A stretch of DNA of 64,000 nt from an uncultured Bacilli bacterium (GCA_944332265.1 CALVJQ010000005.1:986-64985), one strand, 5' to 3'. Positions 51,608 to 62,219 are shown, counted from the stretch's first letter. Notes: a model not told the origin generated them from the letters alone. Made by a program: numbers and translations.

Positions 51608-52237
51608 TTAATTGGCTTTTTTACGACTTTTTTTATTCTTATTACGATAAAACCAGTATACAAAGACAACAAAAATAATTATTAACAGAATTAGAACAGC
51701 ATGTGAATATGTATCTAATATAGTAAGTATACTTTCCCAATTAGCTCCAAGTATTGAACCAGCTATTATTAAAACAGTATTCCAAATAAGTGAACCTAAT
51801 GTTGTATAAATTAAAAATTTTAACATAGGCATTTCACTCATTCCAGCGGGGATACTTATTAAGCTGCGAACTATTGGAATAAAGCGGCAGATAAATACAG
51901 TTTTTTGCCCTTTAGTATCAAACCATTCATCAGCTTTATCAATATCGCTATTTTTTAAACGAAGAATCTTACCTATTTTACCAGAGATGATTTTTTTTAA
52001 ACGTTCTTTATTAAATATTTTACCAATATAATATAAAATAATAGCTCCAAATACAGAACCTATGGTTGCAGCGATAGTCATAAGAACAATATTTAATTTA
52101 GTATAGGTAGTCATAAAGCCACCAAATAATAAAATTACCTCAGAAGGTATTGGTGGAAAAACATTTTCAATAGTAATAAGTAAAAATACTCCTAAATACC
52201 CAAAGTCGTTCATAATAGTTATTATTAAATCTTGCAT
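51608..52237 (-). CDS. DedA family membrane protein
   Basis: VFPPIPSEVILLFGG motif and multiple TM helices. 209 aa. Confidence 0.85.
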   Translation of the reverse strand: MQDLIITIMNDFGYLGVFLLITIENVFPPIPSEVILLFGGFMTTYTKLNIVLMTIAATIGSVFGAIILYYIGKIFNKERLKKIISGKIGKILRLKNSDIDKADEWFDTKGQKTVFICRFIPIVRSLISIPAGMSEMPMLKFLIYTTLGSLIWNTVLIIAGSILGANWESILTILDTYSHAVLILLIIIFVVFVYWFYRNKNKKSRKKAN

Positions 52238-52308
52238 AATAGCCTCCTAAATAAAAATTTCTAATTCATTATATCAAAGTTTTACTATCTTTTATAGATA
52301 AATTTTAT

Positions 52309-53355
52309 TTAATTTGTCTTTTTAGATAAAAAACAATTTGGTTCATGAGAGTTAATAAGACCTATCGCTTGAAGATATGAATAAATAATCGTGGAACCAA
52401 CAAATTTCATTCCCCTATTTTGTAAATCTTTTGCTATAGCATCAGATAATGGTGATGTTGTTTTATTTATTTCATAAATTACTTTGCCTTTTGTAAATTG
52501 TTTTAAATAATTGGAAAAACTATTATATTCTTTTACTATTTCTTTAAAGATTTTAGCGTTATTAATACTAGCTTTTATTTTAAGTTGGTTACGAATTATT
52601 TTTTGATTATTTAGTAATTCACTAATTTTTTTGTCATCATATTCACAGATTTTTTCTAAATTAAAGTTATCATAAGCTTTTTTAAAAGATGCTCTTTTAT
52701 TTAATACACATTCCCATGATAAACCAGCTTGAAAAGATTCTAAAATTAACATTTCAAATAAATAGTGTTCATTGTAATTAAGTCTACCCCATTCTTCATC
52801 ATGATATTTTATATATAGAGGATTTTTTAGATTACACCATTTACATCGATTTAAGTGTTTATTAGAAGAAAAAAGGTTAACTTGGTTTCCATGATTTTTT
52901 ATTATATTTATTAAATCATTTGTTTTAAGCCAGATAGTAGCTGTGTTATCATTTGGGTGGATTCCTATTATTTGATTATCACTTAAGAAATAATCATCTA
53001 TGTAGAAGATAACTTCTTTATTTTTATCATTTAATAAACCAAGAGGAGTTACGGAACCTGGGGTTAATTTCAATTTAGCTAATAGGTCTTTTTCACTAGC
53101 AAAACTTAAACGACGAGTTTTATTTTGGTTTTGAAATTCTTTTAAATCTAATTTCTTATCTTCTTTGATAGTAATTAAATAATAGTTATTTTTTTTATCA
53201 TCACAAATAAAAAGATTCTTAGCACCACGTTCTTGATAAGGAAACAAAGTTTTTATTTGGGATACTTCTTCAACATTAAAAACAGCTTGATGATTAGTTA
53301 TCTCATATTTTATATTTTGGTTATCTAAGAACTGATATATTTCATTTTTATTCAT
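52309..53355 (-). CDS. Fusion protein: YbaK/ProX-type aminoacyl-tRNA deacylase domain + DNA-3-methyladenine glycosylase I (Tag)
   Basis: The N-terminal ~165 aa carry GAKNLFICDDKK...LTPGSVTPLGLLND. The C-terminal half is a full Tag: RCKWC...PLYIKYHDEEWG, ESFQAGLSWECVLNKR, IIRNQLKI, INSHEPNC. Confidence 0.8.
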   Translation of the reverse strand: MNKNEIYQFLDNQNIKYEITNHQAVFNVEEVSQIKTLFPYQERGAKNLFICDDKKNNYYLITIKEDKKLDLKEFQNQNKTRRLSFASEKDLLAKLKLTPGSVTPLGLLNDKNKEVIFYIDDYFLSDNQIIGIHPNDNTATIWLKTNDLINIIKNHGNQVNLFSSNKHLNRCKWCNLKNPLYIKYHDEEWGRLNYNEHYLFEMLILESFQAGLSWECVLNKRASFKKAYDNFNLEKICEYDDKKISELLNNQKIIRNQLKIKASINNAKIFKEIVKEYNSFSNYLKQFTKGKVIYEINKTTSPLSDAIAKDLQNRGMKFVGSTIIYSYLQAIGLINSHEPNCFLSKKTN

Positions 53356-53410
53356 AATTTCACTTCCATAATTAGTTTATCATTTTTTTAGGTATAAAAA
53401 AACAAGTAAT

Positions 53411-53806
53411 TTAATTACTTGTATCTTTGTTTATTAGTAAATATAAAGCTAGAGAAGTTATTCCTATACCTATAAGAAGGAAAGCATCGTTAGTTTTAAT
53501 TTTACCTAGTATAGCAGTAACAATTAGGCATATACCCATAGCTAATGATACTCCTATTAAAATAAGATTTAATAATTTATTATGAGAGTTTTTTTCTTGT
53601 TTTATTTCGGATTTTAAAAGTTCTTCAACTGAAGTATCAAGAACTTCAGCTAATTTGGATAAAGAATTAATATCTGGGCAGGAGATATTACGTTCCCATT
53701 TACTAACTGCTTTATCTGTAACATTCATTTTAAGGGCTAATTCATTTTGAGTCATATTTTTATTTTTTCTTAGGGTACTAATTATTTCACCCATACTTTT
53801 TTTCAT
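53411..53806 (-). CDS. XRE-family HTH protein with C-terminal membrane helices
   Basis: HTH MTQNELALKMNVTDKAVSKWERN followed by two TM segments. Confidence 0.8.
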   Translation of the reverse strand: MKKSMGEIISTLRKNKNMTQNELALKMNVTDKAVSKWERNISCPDINSLSKLAEVLDTSVEELLKSEIKQEKNSHNKLLNLILIGVSLAMGICLIVTAILGKIKTNDAFLLIGIGITSLALYLLINKDTSN

Positions 53807-54003
53807 ATTATCATTCCTTTTCTTTTTATATGGTAATTTTAGTATGTATATAGGAAGAAAGACAAGAGAAAGTTAGTTTATTTTTATAAACTATTGGTTT
53901 AGTAAGAAAAAAATTGTTATTTATATATAAATAGTACATATATACTCTTTTATTAGCTATTTAATAGTATCTAAATTAATAAAAAAGAATCATTAAGTGA
54001 TTC

Positions 54004-54399
54004 TTATTTACATATATAATCTTGAAGTTCTAAAACTTCTTTTAATTCATTATAAGTTATTTCTTGATCCATTTTAATACCAATAAAACTATTATCAGGA
54101 TCATCATTAGTTATTAATCTTATACCATCTTTAATTAAGATTACATCCATATAAGGTTTACTAGACTTAATATTATTAGCCATTGCTTGTAATTGGTTTT
54201 GATAAGATTCTGGGTAAATCATATCAACAGTAAATTTCATATCGGATACTTTATTATTTTTTACTTTTATATTTAAAGTAGAATATTTTTTTATTTCGGT
54301 TGTTTCATCAGTAGCAGTACAAGTTAATTTTTGTGATTTAGAACAACCTGTTAAAGTTAATAACATTAATAAAATTATTATAAAAGATATTTTTTTCAT
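54004..54399 (-). CDS. Lipoprotein (YehR/DUF1307-like)
   Basis: Lipobox LTLTGC. Start moved to ATG 54399 after AGGTGG. Confidence 0.55.
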   Translation of the reverse strand: MKKISFIIILLMLLTLTGCSKSQKLTCTATDETTEIKKYSTLNIKVKNNKVSDMKFTVDMIYPESYQNQLQAMANNIKSSKPYMDVILIKDGIRLITNDDPDNSFIGIKMDQEITYNELKEVLELQDYICK

Positions 54400-54408
54400 A
54401 TTAACCAC

Positions 54409-54846
54409 CTACTTTAATTCAGCCATGATAGTATCTTTGTCAACAGCACCAACAAGAGTTGAAGTTACTTCCCCATCTTCAAAAATCATAAGAGTTGGTG
54501 TTCCATCTACTTGATATCTAGCCATTGTATCTGCACATTCTTTAGCATCAACATTGATAGTAGCTACTTTAAGATCTTTATTATTTTTAGCAATATCAAT
54601 TAAGGTTGTTAACATAGCAACACATGGTGGACATGAGTTTGAGGAGAATTCTAGGATAACGGGTTGCTCTGAATTTAATATTTCTTGACTGAAGTTTTCA
54701 TCAGTTATTTTTACAACTCCGACACTACCAGCTTCAGCTTCTAATTCTTCTTTATTAGAACTACTAAAATAATAGATACCTGTTATTATACCTAAAATAG
54801 CTATAAAAATAATAATTTCAATAATTAGTTTTACTTTCTTATTCAT
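54409..54846 (-). CDS. Membrane-anchored thioredoxin
   Basis: N-terminal TM and a CPPC active site. Confidence 0.8.
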   Translation of the reverse strand: MNKKVKLIIEIIIFIAILGIITGIYYFSSSNKEELEAEAGSVGVVKITDENFSQEILNSEQPVILEFSSNSCPPCVAMLTTLIDIAKNNKDLKVATINVDAKECADTMARYQVDGTPTLMIFEDGEVTSTLVGAVDKDTIMAELK

Positions 54847-54856
54847 TTTATACCTC

Positions 54857-55507
54857 CTAAATTAGACCAATTATTCCTTTTATAATATTCCAAATACCAC
54901 ATAGTAATAAAATACTACCTGATATTTTATTTATAATATTATAATGTTTTTTTATAAAATCAAAGGTTGTTTTCATTTTTTCTAGAAAAATAGTTGTAAC
55001 TAAGAAAGGAATAGCTAATCCTAAAGAATATAATAAAAGAAGAAATGCTCCTTTTAGGACACTACCTGTTGTACTAGCTAGTATTAAAGCAGAAGATAAA
55101 AAGGCGCCGACACAAGGTGTCCATGATAGAGAGAAAATTATACCAAATAGAACTGATGTTATAAATGTAAGATTATTATTTAACTTAGATATTCCTTTAC
55201 TTTTATTTAAAAAATTAATAAAGATTAATCCAATATAGTTTAAACCTATTATAATTAAAAAGATACCAAAGAGAATATTCATATAATTAGAATAGTGATG
55301 AATAAATTTACCAAATGTTCCAGCAAAGACTCCTAATAAAATAAAAATAATACTAAAACCACTTATAAAACCTAGAGAGTTTATAATAGATTTTTTGGTA
55401 CTTTTACTTTCAGTAGCAAAATAAGATATATAAATAGGAATTACTGGTAGAATACAAGGAGAAATAAATGATGCTATTCCTTCAATAAATGTTATTAAAT
55501 ATTCCAT
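54857..55507 (-). CDS. ccdA: CcdA/DsbD-family thiol-disulfide electron transporter
   Basis: Six TM helices with conserved Cys in SPCILPVIP and WTPCVG. Start moved to ATG 55507 after AAGAGG. Confidence 0.85.
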   Translation of the reverse strand: MEYLITFIEGIASFISPCILPVIPIYISYFATESKSTKKSIINSLGFISGFSIIFILLGVFAGTFGKFIHHYSNYMNILFGIFLIIIGLNYIGLIFINFLNKSKGISKLNNNLTFITSVLFGIIFSLSWTPCVGAFLSSALILASTTGSVLKGAFLLLLYSLGLAIPFLVTTIFLEKMKTTFDFIKKHYNIINKISGSILLLCGIWNIIKGIIGLI

Positions 55508-55588
55508 GTCATTACCTCTTACTAAATTATTTTCCATAAAAGATTATATCATTAGGATTATAAAAACACAATCCATTATATTAATGGA

Positions 55589-56260
55589 TTATTTATGAAT
55601 ACTAAATTGATAACTTTCATTTACATAACACATTATTTCTTGATCTTTTATAGTATTATCTAAGATTATACTTAGCCATTTATTTTTATTCATACGATAA
55701 GCTTTAAAAAAGTTCTTTTTGGTTAGTAAAGTAGGAATTTTATTTTCAGCTACTTTAACGTTTATTATTTCGATTTGACCTTCCCCATTCATTAATTTAT
55801 TTTTATTAATATTCATTATTATACAAAACCATTTCTTAGTATTAGGATTACGAAATACACCGTATTCTGGATATTTTAGCCAAAGAAATTCAGGATATAC
55901 TTTATATTTAGTAATTATTAATGAACTAATTCTATTAGCTTGATTTGAAATAAAATATTTAGGAGTAGTACATTTATCTTTTATATCATTAAGTAAATTT
56001 ATAAATTCTATTAATATTTTATTAGTAAACTGACCTTTAGGATTTTTTATGCGATAATTTAAGTATTCATCATTATAAGCTAAATCATATATTTGACCTT
56101 TTATTATTCCTTTAGAAGAGATATTTATTATAATTTTAAAAGTATTATTTATTATGTATTTAGAATATAAATAATAATTATTTTTTTTAATAAAACCATA
56201 ATCAATTAATTTAGAATAATCAATTATACTTTTTTTAAATATTTCTTCTTCAATAGACAT
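55589..56260 (-). CDS. MmcQ/YjbR-family protein with an N-terminal extension
   Basis: C-terminal half has YPEFLWLKYPEYGVFRN..KKWFCII...AYRMNKNKWLSIILD. Start moved to ATG 56260 after AAAGGAG, 1 nt past the ogt stop. Confidence 0.7.
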   Translation of the reverse strand: MSIEEEIFKKSIIDYSKLIDYGFIKKNNYYLYSKYIINNTFKIIINISSKGIIKGQIYDLAYNDEYLNYRIKNPKGQFTNKILIEFINLLNDIKDKCTTPKYFISNQANRISSLIITKYKVYPEFLWLKYPEYGVFRNPNTKKWFCIIMNINKNKLMNGEGQIEIINVKVAENKIPTLLTKKNFFKAYRMNKNKWLSIILDNTIKDQEIMCYVNESYQFSIHK

Positions 56261-56261
56261 T

Positions 56262-56789
56262 TTAATCTCCTTTATAATGTAATTTAGTAGTATCAATACC
56301 TTCTATTTTTAATAGTTCTATTTTATTAGCAATACCTCCAGCATAACCGGTTAGATTATTATTAGTACCTATTACACGGTGACAAGGAATAATAATAGAA
56401 ATAGGATTATGGCTTATAGCATTTCCTATTGCTTGTGAAGACATATTCTCTTTTTGTAATTTCTTTTTAACTTGATTAGCTATCTCTTTATAGGTAGTTG
56501 TAGTTCCGTAAGGAATAAGGGTTAAGTAATGCCATACTAATTTAGAAAAGGGGGTCCCTTGGGGATTTAATTGCAATTCTTTAATATCTTTTTTTTGACC
56601 ATTAAAATAATCATTTAACCATTTTTTGGTTTGAATAAAGATAGGAATGTTATCTTTTAAAGTTAATTTTTCTTTAATATTAGCTAAATAATATTTTTGA
56701 TTTTCGAGCCATAAACCGATTAATTGGTTATCTTTGCTTACTAATAGTAGTTTACCTACTGGTGAATTATAATATGTTTTATATAACAT
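56262..56789 (-). CDS. ogt: Methylated-DNA--protein-cysteine methyltransferase
   Basis: Active site IIPCHRVIG. 175 aa. Confidence 0.9.
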   Translation of the reverse strand: MLYKTYYNSPVGKLLLVSKDNQLIGLWLENQKYYLANIKEKLTLKDNIPIFIQTKKWLNDYFNGQKKDIKELQLNPQGTPFSKLVWHYLTLIPYGTTTTYKEIANQVKKKLQKENMSSQAIGNAISHNPISIIIPCHRVIGTNNNLTGYAGGIANKIELLKIEGIDTTKLHYKGD

Positions 56790-56791
56790 AA

Positions 56792-57091
56792 TTATTTTTG
56801 ATAATAGATTATTTCTTTATTATGTTCTTTAGCATAAGCTATTTCACTTTTAGTAGCTGAACCAATATAATCATTAACGTTTATAACATAGATAGCATCA
56901 GATATTTTTATTCTTTCTTTATGAATATTACCTAATATTTCTTTTTCTTTATTAGTTAAAGACATTTTATTATTTAAAGGAATAATAGGAATTAAAACTG
57001 TATATCCTTCTAATTCTAACTTTATAGCAGTATTAATTATTTCTTCTTGGAATCTTAAACTACCACAGATAGTTATTATTTTATTTTTCAT
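56792..57091 (-). CDS. Small Rossmann-like protein, possibly nucleoside 2-deoxyribosyltransferase-like
   Basis: 99 aa with KIITICGSLRF...DAIYVINVNDYIGSATKSEIAYA. Weak pattern match only. Confidence 0.4.
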   Translation of the reverse strand: MKNKIITICGSLRFQEEIINTAIKLELEGYTVLIPIIPLNNKMSLTNKEKEILGNIHKERIKISDAIYVINVNDYIGSATKSEIAYAKEHNKEIIYYQK

Positions 57092-57156
57092 ATAATCACT
57101 TCTTTAATATATAATAACATAAAAAAAATAAAATATTTCTATTTTATTCTTTTATA

Positions 57157-59766
57157 TTAAACATCTTTAAATAAACGAGTTACAGCTGGTTTTAGTAATT
57201 CGATAGCAATAAAAGAAATAATATTTACTAGAATAACAAAGATTAATTGAGGGATTGTTATTACTACTAAACCAAATATCTTTCCGATTGGGGTAAAGAA
57301 AACTAATAGCTGAACAAGAATTAAAATAAAGATACCAATATTTAAATATTTATTACTGAATATTCCACGATGATGAATTTGTTCTTTTAATGAACGACAG
57401 TTATAAGCAAAGACAAATTCATTAATAACAACACTTAATAAAGCAAGAGTTTGGGCAATTGGTTGACCTAAGTCAATAAAATAGTAATAGACAAATAAAC
57501 TAATTCCAGCTTCTAAAATAACGGAAATTATTAAGAAAGCACTAAAGAATTTAGTAAATATTCTTTTATTTAGACCATTTGGTTTTCTTTTCATTACATC
57601 ACTAGCAGCTCCTTCAAAAGCTAGAGTTATTGAAGGAATAGTATCAGCTACTAAGTCAATATATAATACATGGATAGCTGAGATAATAGTATTTCCTGTT
57701 AACATACCAAAAAGAATTATACATATTTCTGTAAAGTTACTTGATAAATTATATAAAATATTAGTTATTACGTTATCGTAGATACGACGTCCTTCAGAAA
57801 CTGCAGTTGTAATAGTATTAAAACTATCATCTAGAAGGATGATATCAGAAACATCTTTAGTAACATCTGTTCCACTTTTCCCCATACCAATTCCTACGTT
57901 AGCTAGTTTGATTGCAGGAGCATCATTAACACCATCACCAGTCATTGCTACTACTTTGCCGGTTTTTTGAATAGCTTTAACTATTTGTAGTTTATTTTCG
58001 GGACTAACACGAGCAAAGACAGAATATTTTTTTATATAAGAAATTAATTCATCTTCTGATAGACCATTTAGTTCGGTAGCATTAATACATTCTGAATCAC
58101 TCTTACATATACCTACTTCTTTAGCAATTGCTGTAGCTGTTGGAAGATTATCACCAGTTAGCATTATAGGACGAATATTAGCATCTAAACATGATTGAAT
58201 AGATTCTTTAATATTTTTTCTTACTGGATCTTTAAGACCAATTAAACCAACAATAATTAAGTTTTCTTCTTCATTAAAATAGTCGTCTTCGTTTTTTACT
58301 TCTTTAGTAATTTCTTTATAAGCAAAAGCTAATACTTTTAGAGCATCTTTGGACATTGTAGATTCAAATTCTTTTAATTCTTTTATTTTTTCAGAAGTTA
58401 GTTTAACTACTTTATTATCAATTAAAAGACGATTACTTTTTTCTAAAATTGATTCAAAGCTTCCTTTTGTATATATGATTTTTTCATTTTCTACTTGGTA
58501 AATAGCACTCATCATTTTACGATCTGAATCAAATGGTAATTCAATTATTTTTTGATGTTTAGGAGCTTGAGCATTATTTTTTTCGATGTATTCTTTTAAT
58601 GCAACATCAACGGCATCACCAGTATATTCATTTTTTTCATTTATTAAGGCAGTATTACAATAGTCGATTATTTCGACAAGACGAGGATAATGGGAAATAT
58701 CATTTAGAGTAAGTTCTTTACCACCATCAAAGATTTTAGATACTTCCATTTTATTTTCAGTTAAGGTTCCTGTTTTATCACTACATATAATCTCGGTAGC
58801 ACCAAGGGTTTCAATCGCCGCTAGATTGCGAACAATAGATTTTTTCTTAGCCATCTGACTTACACCTATTGATAAAGTTGCAGTAATAGCAATTGGTAGA
58901 CATTCAGGGACACTAGCAACAATCATTGATATACATAACATGACAAGACTTAAGACATCATAATCATTTATAAGACCATAAACTAAGACAAAAGCAACTA
59001 GGATACATGCAACAATTGTAATAAATTTACTAATTTTTTGAACTTTCATTTGTAATGGAGTAATTGGTTCTTCTTTAGTATCCATTACTGAAGCTATTTT
59101 ACCTAATTCAGTATTCATTCCAGTAGCGACAACTATAGCTTCTATTTTACCAGCTACTAAAACTGTTCCTGAATAAACCATATTTTTACGGTCAGAAATT
59201 GTAACATCTTCTTTTATTACATCTTCATCTTTATCTACACTTAAACTTTCACCGGTTAGAATGGATTCATCTACTTTACCAAAATAGCTTTTAATTACAC
59301 GGGCATCGGCAGGTATTTTATCACCTGCTTCTAATACTAAGTAATCACCTACTACTAAGTTTTTAGAATCTATATCTTTATATTTACCATTTCTTTTAAC
59401 TGTTATATAGTTAGCAGAATATTTTTTTAATTTACCAATGGCATCTTCGGCTTTTGATTCTTGAAGAAAGCCCATAAAGCAATTAACTAAAGAGGTTCCT
59501 AGAATAACAATTGGTTCTAAGAAATCTTCACCACTTATAATGGCATATATTAATGATAAAAATCCAACTATTAATAAAAGGATTATCATAATATTTTTAA
59601 ATTGATCTAAAAAGATTTGTAATTTAGTTTTTTTATTTTTTTCAACTAATTCATTTTTACCATTTATTCTTAATAATTCTTTTACTCTCTTGGAATCAAG
59701 ACCGTTTTTACTAGTATTATAATCTTTATATATTTCATCTATATTTTTTTGATATGCACTATTCAT
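57157..59766 (-). CDS. P-type Ca2+-transporting ATPase (P2A, YloB-like)
   Basis: Phosphorylation site CSDKTGTLT, TGES, and hinge MTGDGVNDAPA. 869 aa with about 10 TM helices. Confidence 0.93.
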   Translation of the reverse strand: MNSAYQKNIDEIYKDYNTSKNGLDSKRVKELLRINGKNELVEKNKKTKLQIFLDQFKNIMIILLLIVGFLSLIYAIISGEDFLEPIVILGTSLVNCFMGFLQESKAEDAIGKLKKYSANYITVKRNGKYKDIDSKNLVVGDYLVLEAGDKIPADARVIKSYFGKVDESILTGESLSVDKDEDVIKEDVTISDRKNMVYSGTVLVAGKIEAIVVATGMNTELGKIASVMDTKEEPITPLQMKVQKISKFITIVACILVAFVLVYGLINDYDVLSLVMLCISMIVASVPECLPIAITATLSIGVSQMAKKKSIVRNLAAIETLGATEIICSDKTGTLTENKMEVSKIFDGGKELTLNDISHYPRLVEIIDYCNTALINEKNEYTGDAVDVALKEYIEKNNAQAPKHQKIIELPFDSDRKMMSAIYQVENEKIIYTKGSFESILEKSNRLLIDNKVVKLTSEKIKELKEFESTMSKDALKVLAFAYKEITKEVKNEDDYFNEEENLIIVGLIGLKDPVRKNIKESIQSCLDANIRPIMLTGDNLPTATAIAKEVGICKSDSECINATELNGLSEDELISYIKKYSVFARVSPENKLQIVKAIQKTGKVVAMTGDGVNDAPAIKLANVGIGMGKSGTDVTKDVSDIILLDDSFNTITTAVSEGRRIYDNVITNILYNLSSNFTEICIILFGMLTGNTIISAIHVLYIDLVADTIPSITLAFEGAASDVMKRKPNGLNKRIFTKFFSAFLIISVILEAGISLFVYYYFIDLGQPIAQTLALLSVVINEFVFAYNCRSLKEQIHHRGIFSNKYLNIGIFILILVQLLVFFTPIGKIFGLVVITIPQLIFVILVNIISFIAIELLKPAVTRLFKDV

Positions 59767-59874
59767 TTATCTACCTTATGCCTTTCTATTATAAAGTTCT
59801 CTATAGTTGATTATAACATATGATTTATAATATATAATCTGTTAATCTATAATTTTTAAAATTTTTAATAATTT

Positions 59875-60462
59875 CTATAATATATATTTTTGATAAGTAC
59901 TTCGATATTTATTTATTGTTTTATTAACATCAATAGAATATATTCTAGTTAATAAATTATCATATGGATCTATTTTTGTACTTAGTAATTTAGCATTTAA
60001 TGCTTCCATTGTTTTATACGAAGCTATATTATTATCTTCACAATCTAGGTAAATTTTTTTTAAACCTAGTTTTTGGATTTCGATTAAACCAAGATATAAA
60101 TTAATTTTATTATAGCCTTTTTTTCTTTCAGTGGGACGGATTCCATAACCGATATTACCAACAAATTCTTGAATATTAGGAGGTATATTCCATCTAATAT
60201 TAAGCATACCAATTAATTTATTATCATTTTTTCTAATTAATAGAAAGGTTTTAGATTGAAGTCTATTTAGTTTTTTAGCATATTCTTGATATTGCATGTT
60301 TAAACATTTATCTAGACATTCTTCAAATGAATAGCCTTCTAATATTTTATCTAAAAATCCTGAACCATTTATATCTGAATTATATAAAACGAATTCATTA
60401 AGATAAGCAATTATTTCTTCTTTTCTTTTTAAAGAAGGAATCTCTAAGTAAAATTTTTCCAT
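59875..60462 (-). CDS. GNAT family N-acetyltransferase
   Basis: 195 aa. RPTERKKGYNKINL resembles motif A. Confidence 0.7.
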   Translation of the reverse strand: MEKFYLEIPSLKRKEEIIAYLNEFVLYNSDINGSGFLDKILEGYSFEECLDKCLNMQYQEYAKKLNRLQSKTFLLIRKNDNKLIGMLNIRWNIPPNIQEFVGNIGYGIRPTERKKGYNKINLYLGLIEIQKLGLKKIYLDCEDNNIASYKTMEALNAKLLSTKIDPYDNLLTRIYSIDVNKTINKYRSTYQKYIL

Positions 60463-60463
60463 A

Positions 60464-60925
60464 TTATTTGATTAAACCACCATGACATTTAAGTTCATAT
60501 ATTTTCTTGTTGTTTTTATAAATTGTTTCTACGCCCTCAAAATTAGTTATATCCCCTTTTGTTTGGAAAGTATATTTATATTCACCATTTAGATATTCTT
60601 TTGGTCCTCTAACTGGAAGAACATTTTTACTTTCACCAACATGCATTAAGGCTGGACGTAGGGCCTTATCCATAGCTTCTTCAGAATAATCATCATCTAA
60701 GGTTTTACCATAATAGTTCATTGCCCAGTAAATTTGATTATCTAGATAGACAACTTCTTCACCAATAAAATTAGTAGTACCAAAGTAGGTATCATGATAA
60801 AGATAATTACCGTCTTGATATTCATAATCTTTAGATTGATTTCTTGTACTAAGAGCTTTTTTAATATTGGCATTAGCATAAGTTTGTTTTTTAGCTTTTA
60901 TTAAAAATGTTTCTAAGTTTTGCAT
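60464..60925 (-). CDS. Hypothetical protein (DUF5680-like by recollection)
   Basis: 153 aa containing YHDTYFGTTNFIGEEVVY...WAMNYYG. Its stop is 1 nt from the next gene's start. Confidence 0.45.
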   Translation of the reverse strand: MQNLETFLIKAKKQTYANANIKKALSTRNQSKDYEYQDGNYLYHDTYFGTTNFIGEEVVYLDNQIYWAMNYYGKTLDDDYSEEAMDKALRPALMHVGESKNVLPVRGPKEYLNGEYKYTFQTKGDITNFEGVETIYKNNKKIYELKCHGGLIK

Positions 60926-60981
60926 TTTTCTTACCGTCCTTTATAACTTGATTATAACATATAAAAAAACAAATCTAGATA

Positions 60982-61593
60982 TTAATTAGATTTGTTAATA
61001 ATTTTATTTATATCTTCTAAAGTTATAGGGCCTTCTCTTAAAATTTTAATATTATTTGTAGTACAATCAATAATAGTACTACTTTCAGCATATATAGGTT
61101 GACCTTCTAACATACCATCTAAAGAAGGACAAGATAATTCTATTTCCTCTAAAGTTTTACAAACTGGTTGACCACTTTGATTAGCACTAGTCATAAAAAG
61201 AGGATTGCCTGTTTTAATAATTAATTGTTGAATATCTTTTGATGGGGCTATTCTAATAGCTATTGTATCTTTTCCGTTTGTAATATAGTTTGGTAAATTA
61301 TTTTTTTTAGGAAGAACAACGGTAATTGGTCCTGGCATAAAGGAAGATATTATTATATCAGCTACCTTATTAATATTAGCTATTTTAGCAATTTCTTCTT
61401 TGTTAGCACACATAACGGGAAATGATTTAGATATAGGACGATTTTTTATTTCTAACATTTTATTATATGCTTTCTTTGAATTAATGCTTGCACATATCCC
61501 ATATACTGTATCAGTAGGAATACTGATTACACCTTCATTTTTTAGAATTTCAGCTAGTTTATCAAGTTCTTTATTGTTGTATCTTTTAATCAT
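60982..61593 (-). CDS. tsaC: L-threonylcarbamoyladenylate synthase (TsaC/YwlC, Sua5/YrdC family)
   Basis: ISIPTDTVYGI motif, PGPITVVLP and SANQSG. Confidence 0.85.
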   Translation of the reverse strand: MIKRYNNKELDKLAEILKNEGVISIPTDTVYGICASINSKKAYNKMLEIKNRPISKSFPVMCANKEEIAKIANINKVADIIISSFMPGPITVVLPKKNNLPNYITNGKDTIAIRIAPSKDIQQLIIKTGNPLFMTSANQSGQPVCKTLEEIELSCPSLDGMLEGQPIYAESSTIIDCTTNNIKILREGPITLEDINKIINKSN

Positions 61594-62219
61594 TTTTGAC
61601 CTCTTTTCGAAATAGAGTCATTATTTAATAATGAGATATATTTTTCTTTAGAAAGGGAATATTCATATATTTCTACGGGACTATCAAGGAATGTATATTG
61701 AATCATCTTAGTTTTAGGTAATTTTTCAAAGCCTAATTTTTCCATTAGATGCCAGGATGGTGTATTCAAGATACAAGCCCCTGTAATTATTTTTTCTATA
61801 TCACAAGTTAGAAACATATAGTCTATCATTCCCTTGGCAGCTTCAGTAGCATAGCCTTGACCTTGATAGTTAGGATCTATTAACCAACCTACTCCTCTTA
61901 TATTTGGATTAGTAATGTTTTCATCTTCAATATTTCTTTCATGACATGATAAACGACCAATACATTCTCCTGTTTCTTTTAGAAAAATACTCCATTTAAA
62001 TATATCCTTATCATTAGCATGTTTCATTTCTTCTTCATAATATTTTTTTTGTAAGTTCCAATCTAGAAGTTTTGTTCTATATTTGGGAGGAACTGTTAGA
62101 AAATATTTGTTAACTTCAGGATTAATAAGTAATTGCCATAAATAATATTGTTCTTTCATTGTTTGAGTTTTTAAAATTAATCTTTCTGTTTCAATAGTAG
62201 AACTTCCTAAATATTTCAT
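61590..62219 (-). CDS. GNAT N-acetyltransferase (RimJ/RimL-like)
   Basis: LETERLILK start and motif A QGQGYATEAAKGMIDY. Overlaps tsaC by 4 nt. Confidence 0.8.
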   Translation of the reverse strand: MKYLGSSTIETERLILKTQTMKEQYYLWQLLINPEVNKYFLTVPPKYRTKLLDWNLQKKYYEEEMKHANDKDIFKWSIFLKETGECIGRLSCHERNIEDENITNPNIRGVGWLIDPNYQGQGYATEAAKGMIDYMFLTCDIEKIITGACILNTPSWHLMEKLGFEKLPKTKMIQYTFLDSPVEIYEYSLSKEKYISLLNNDSISKRGQK

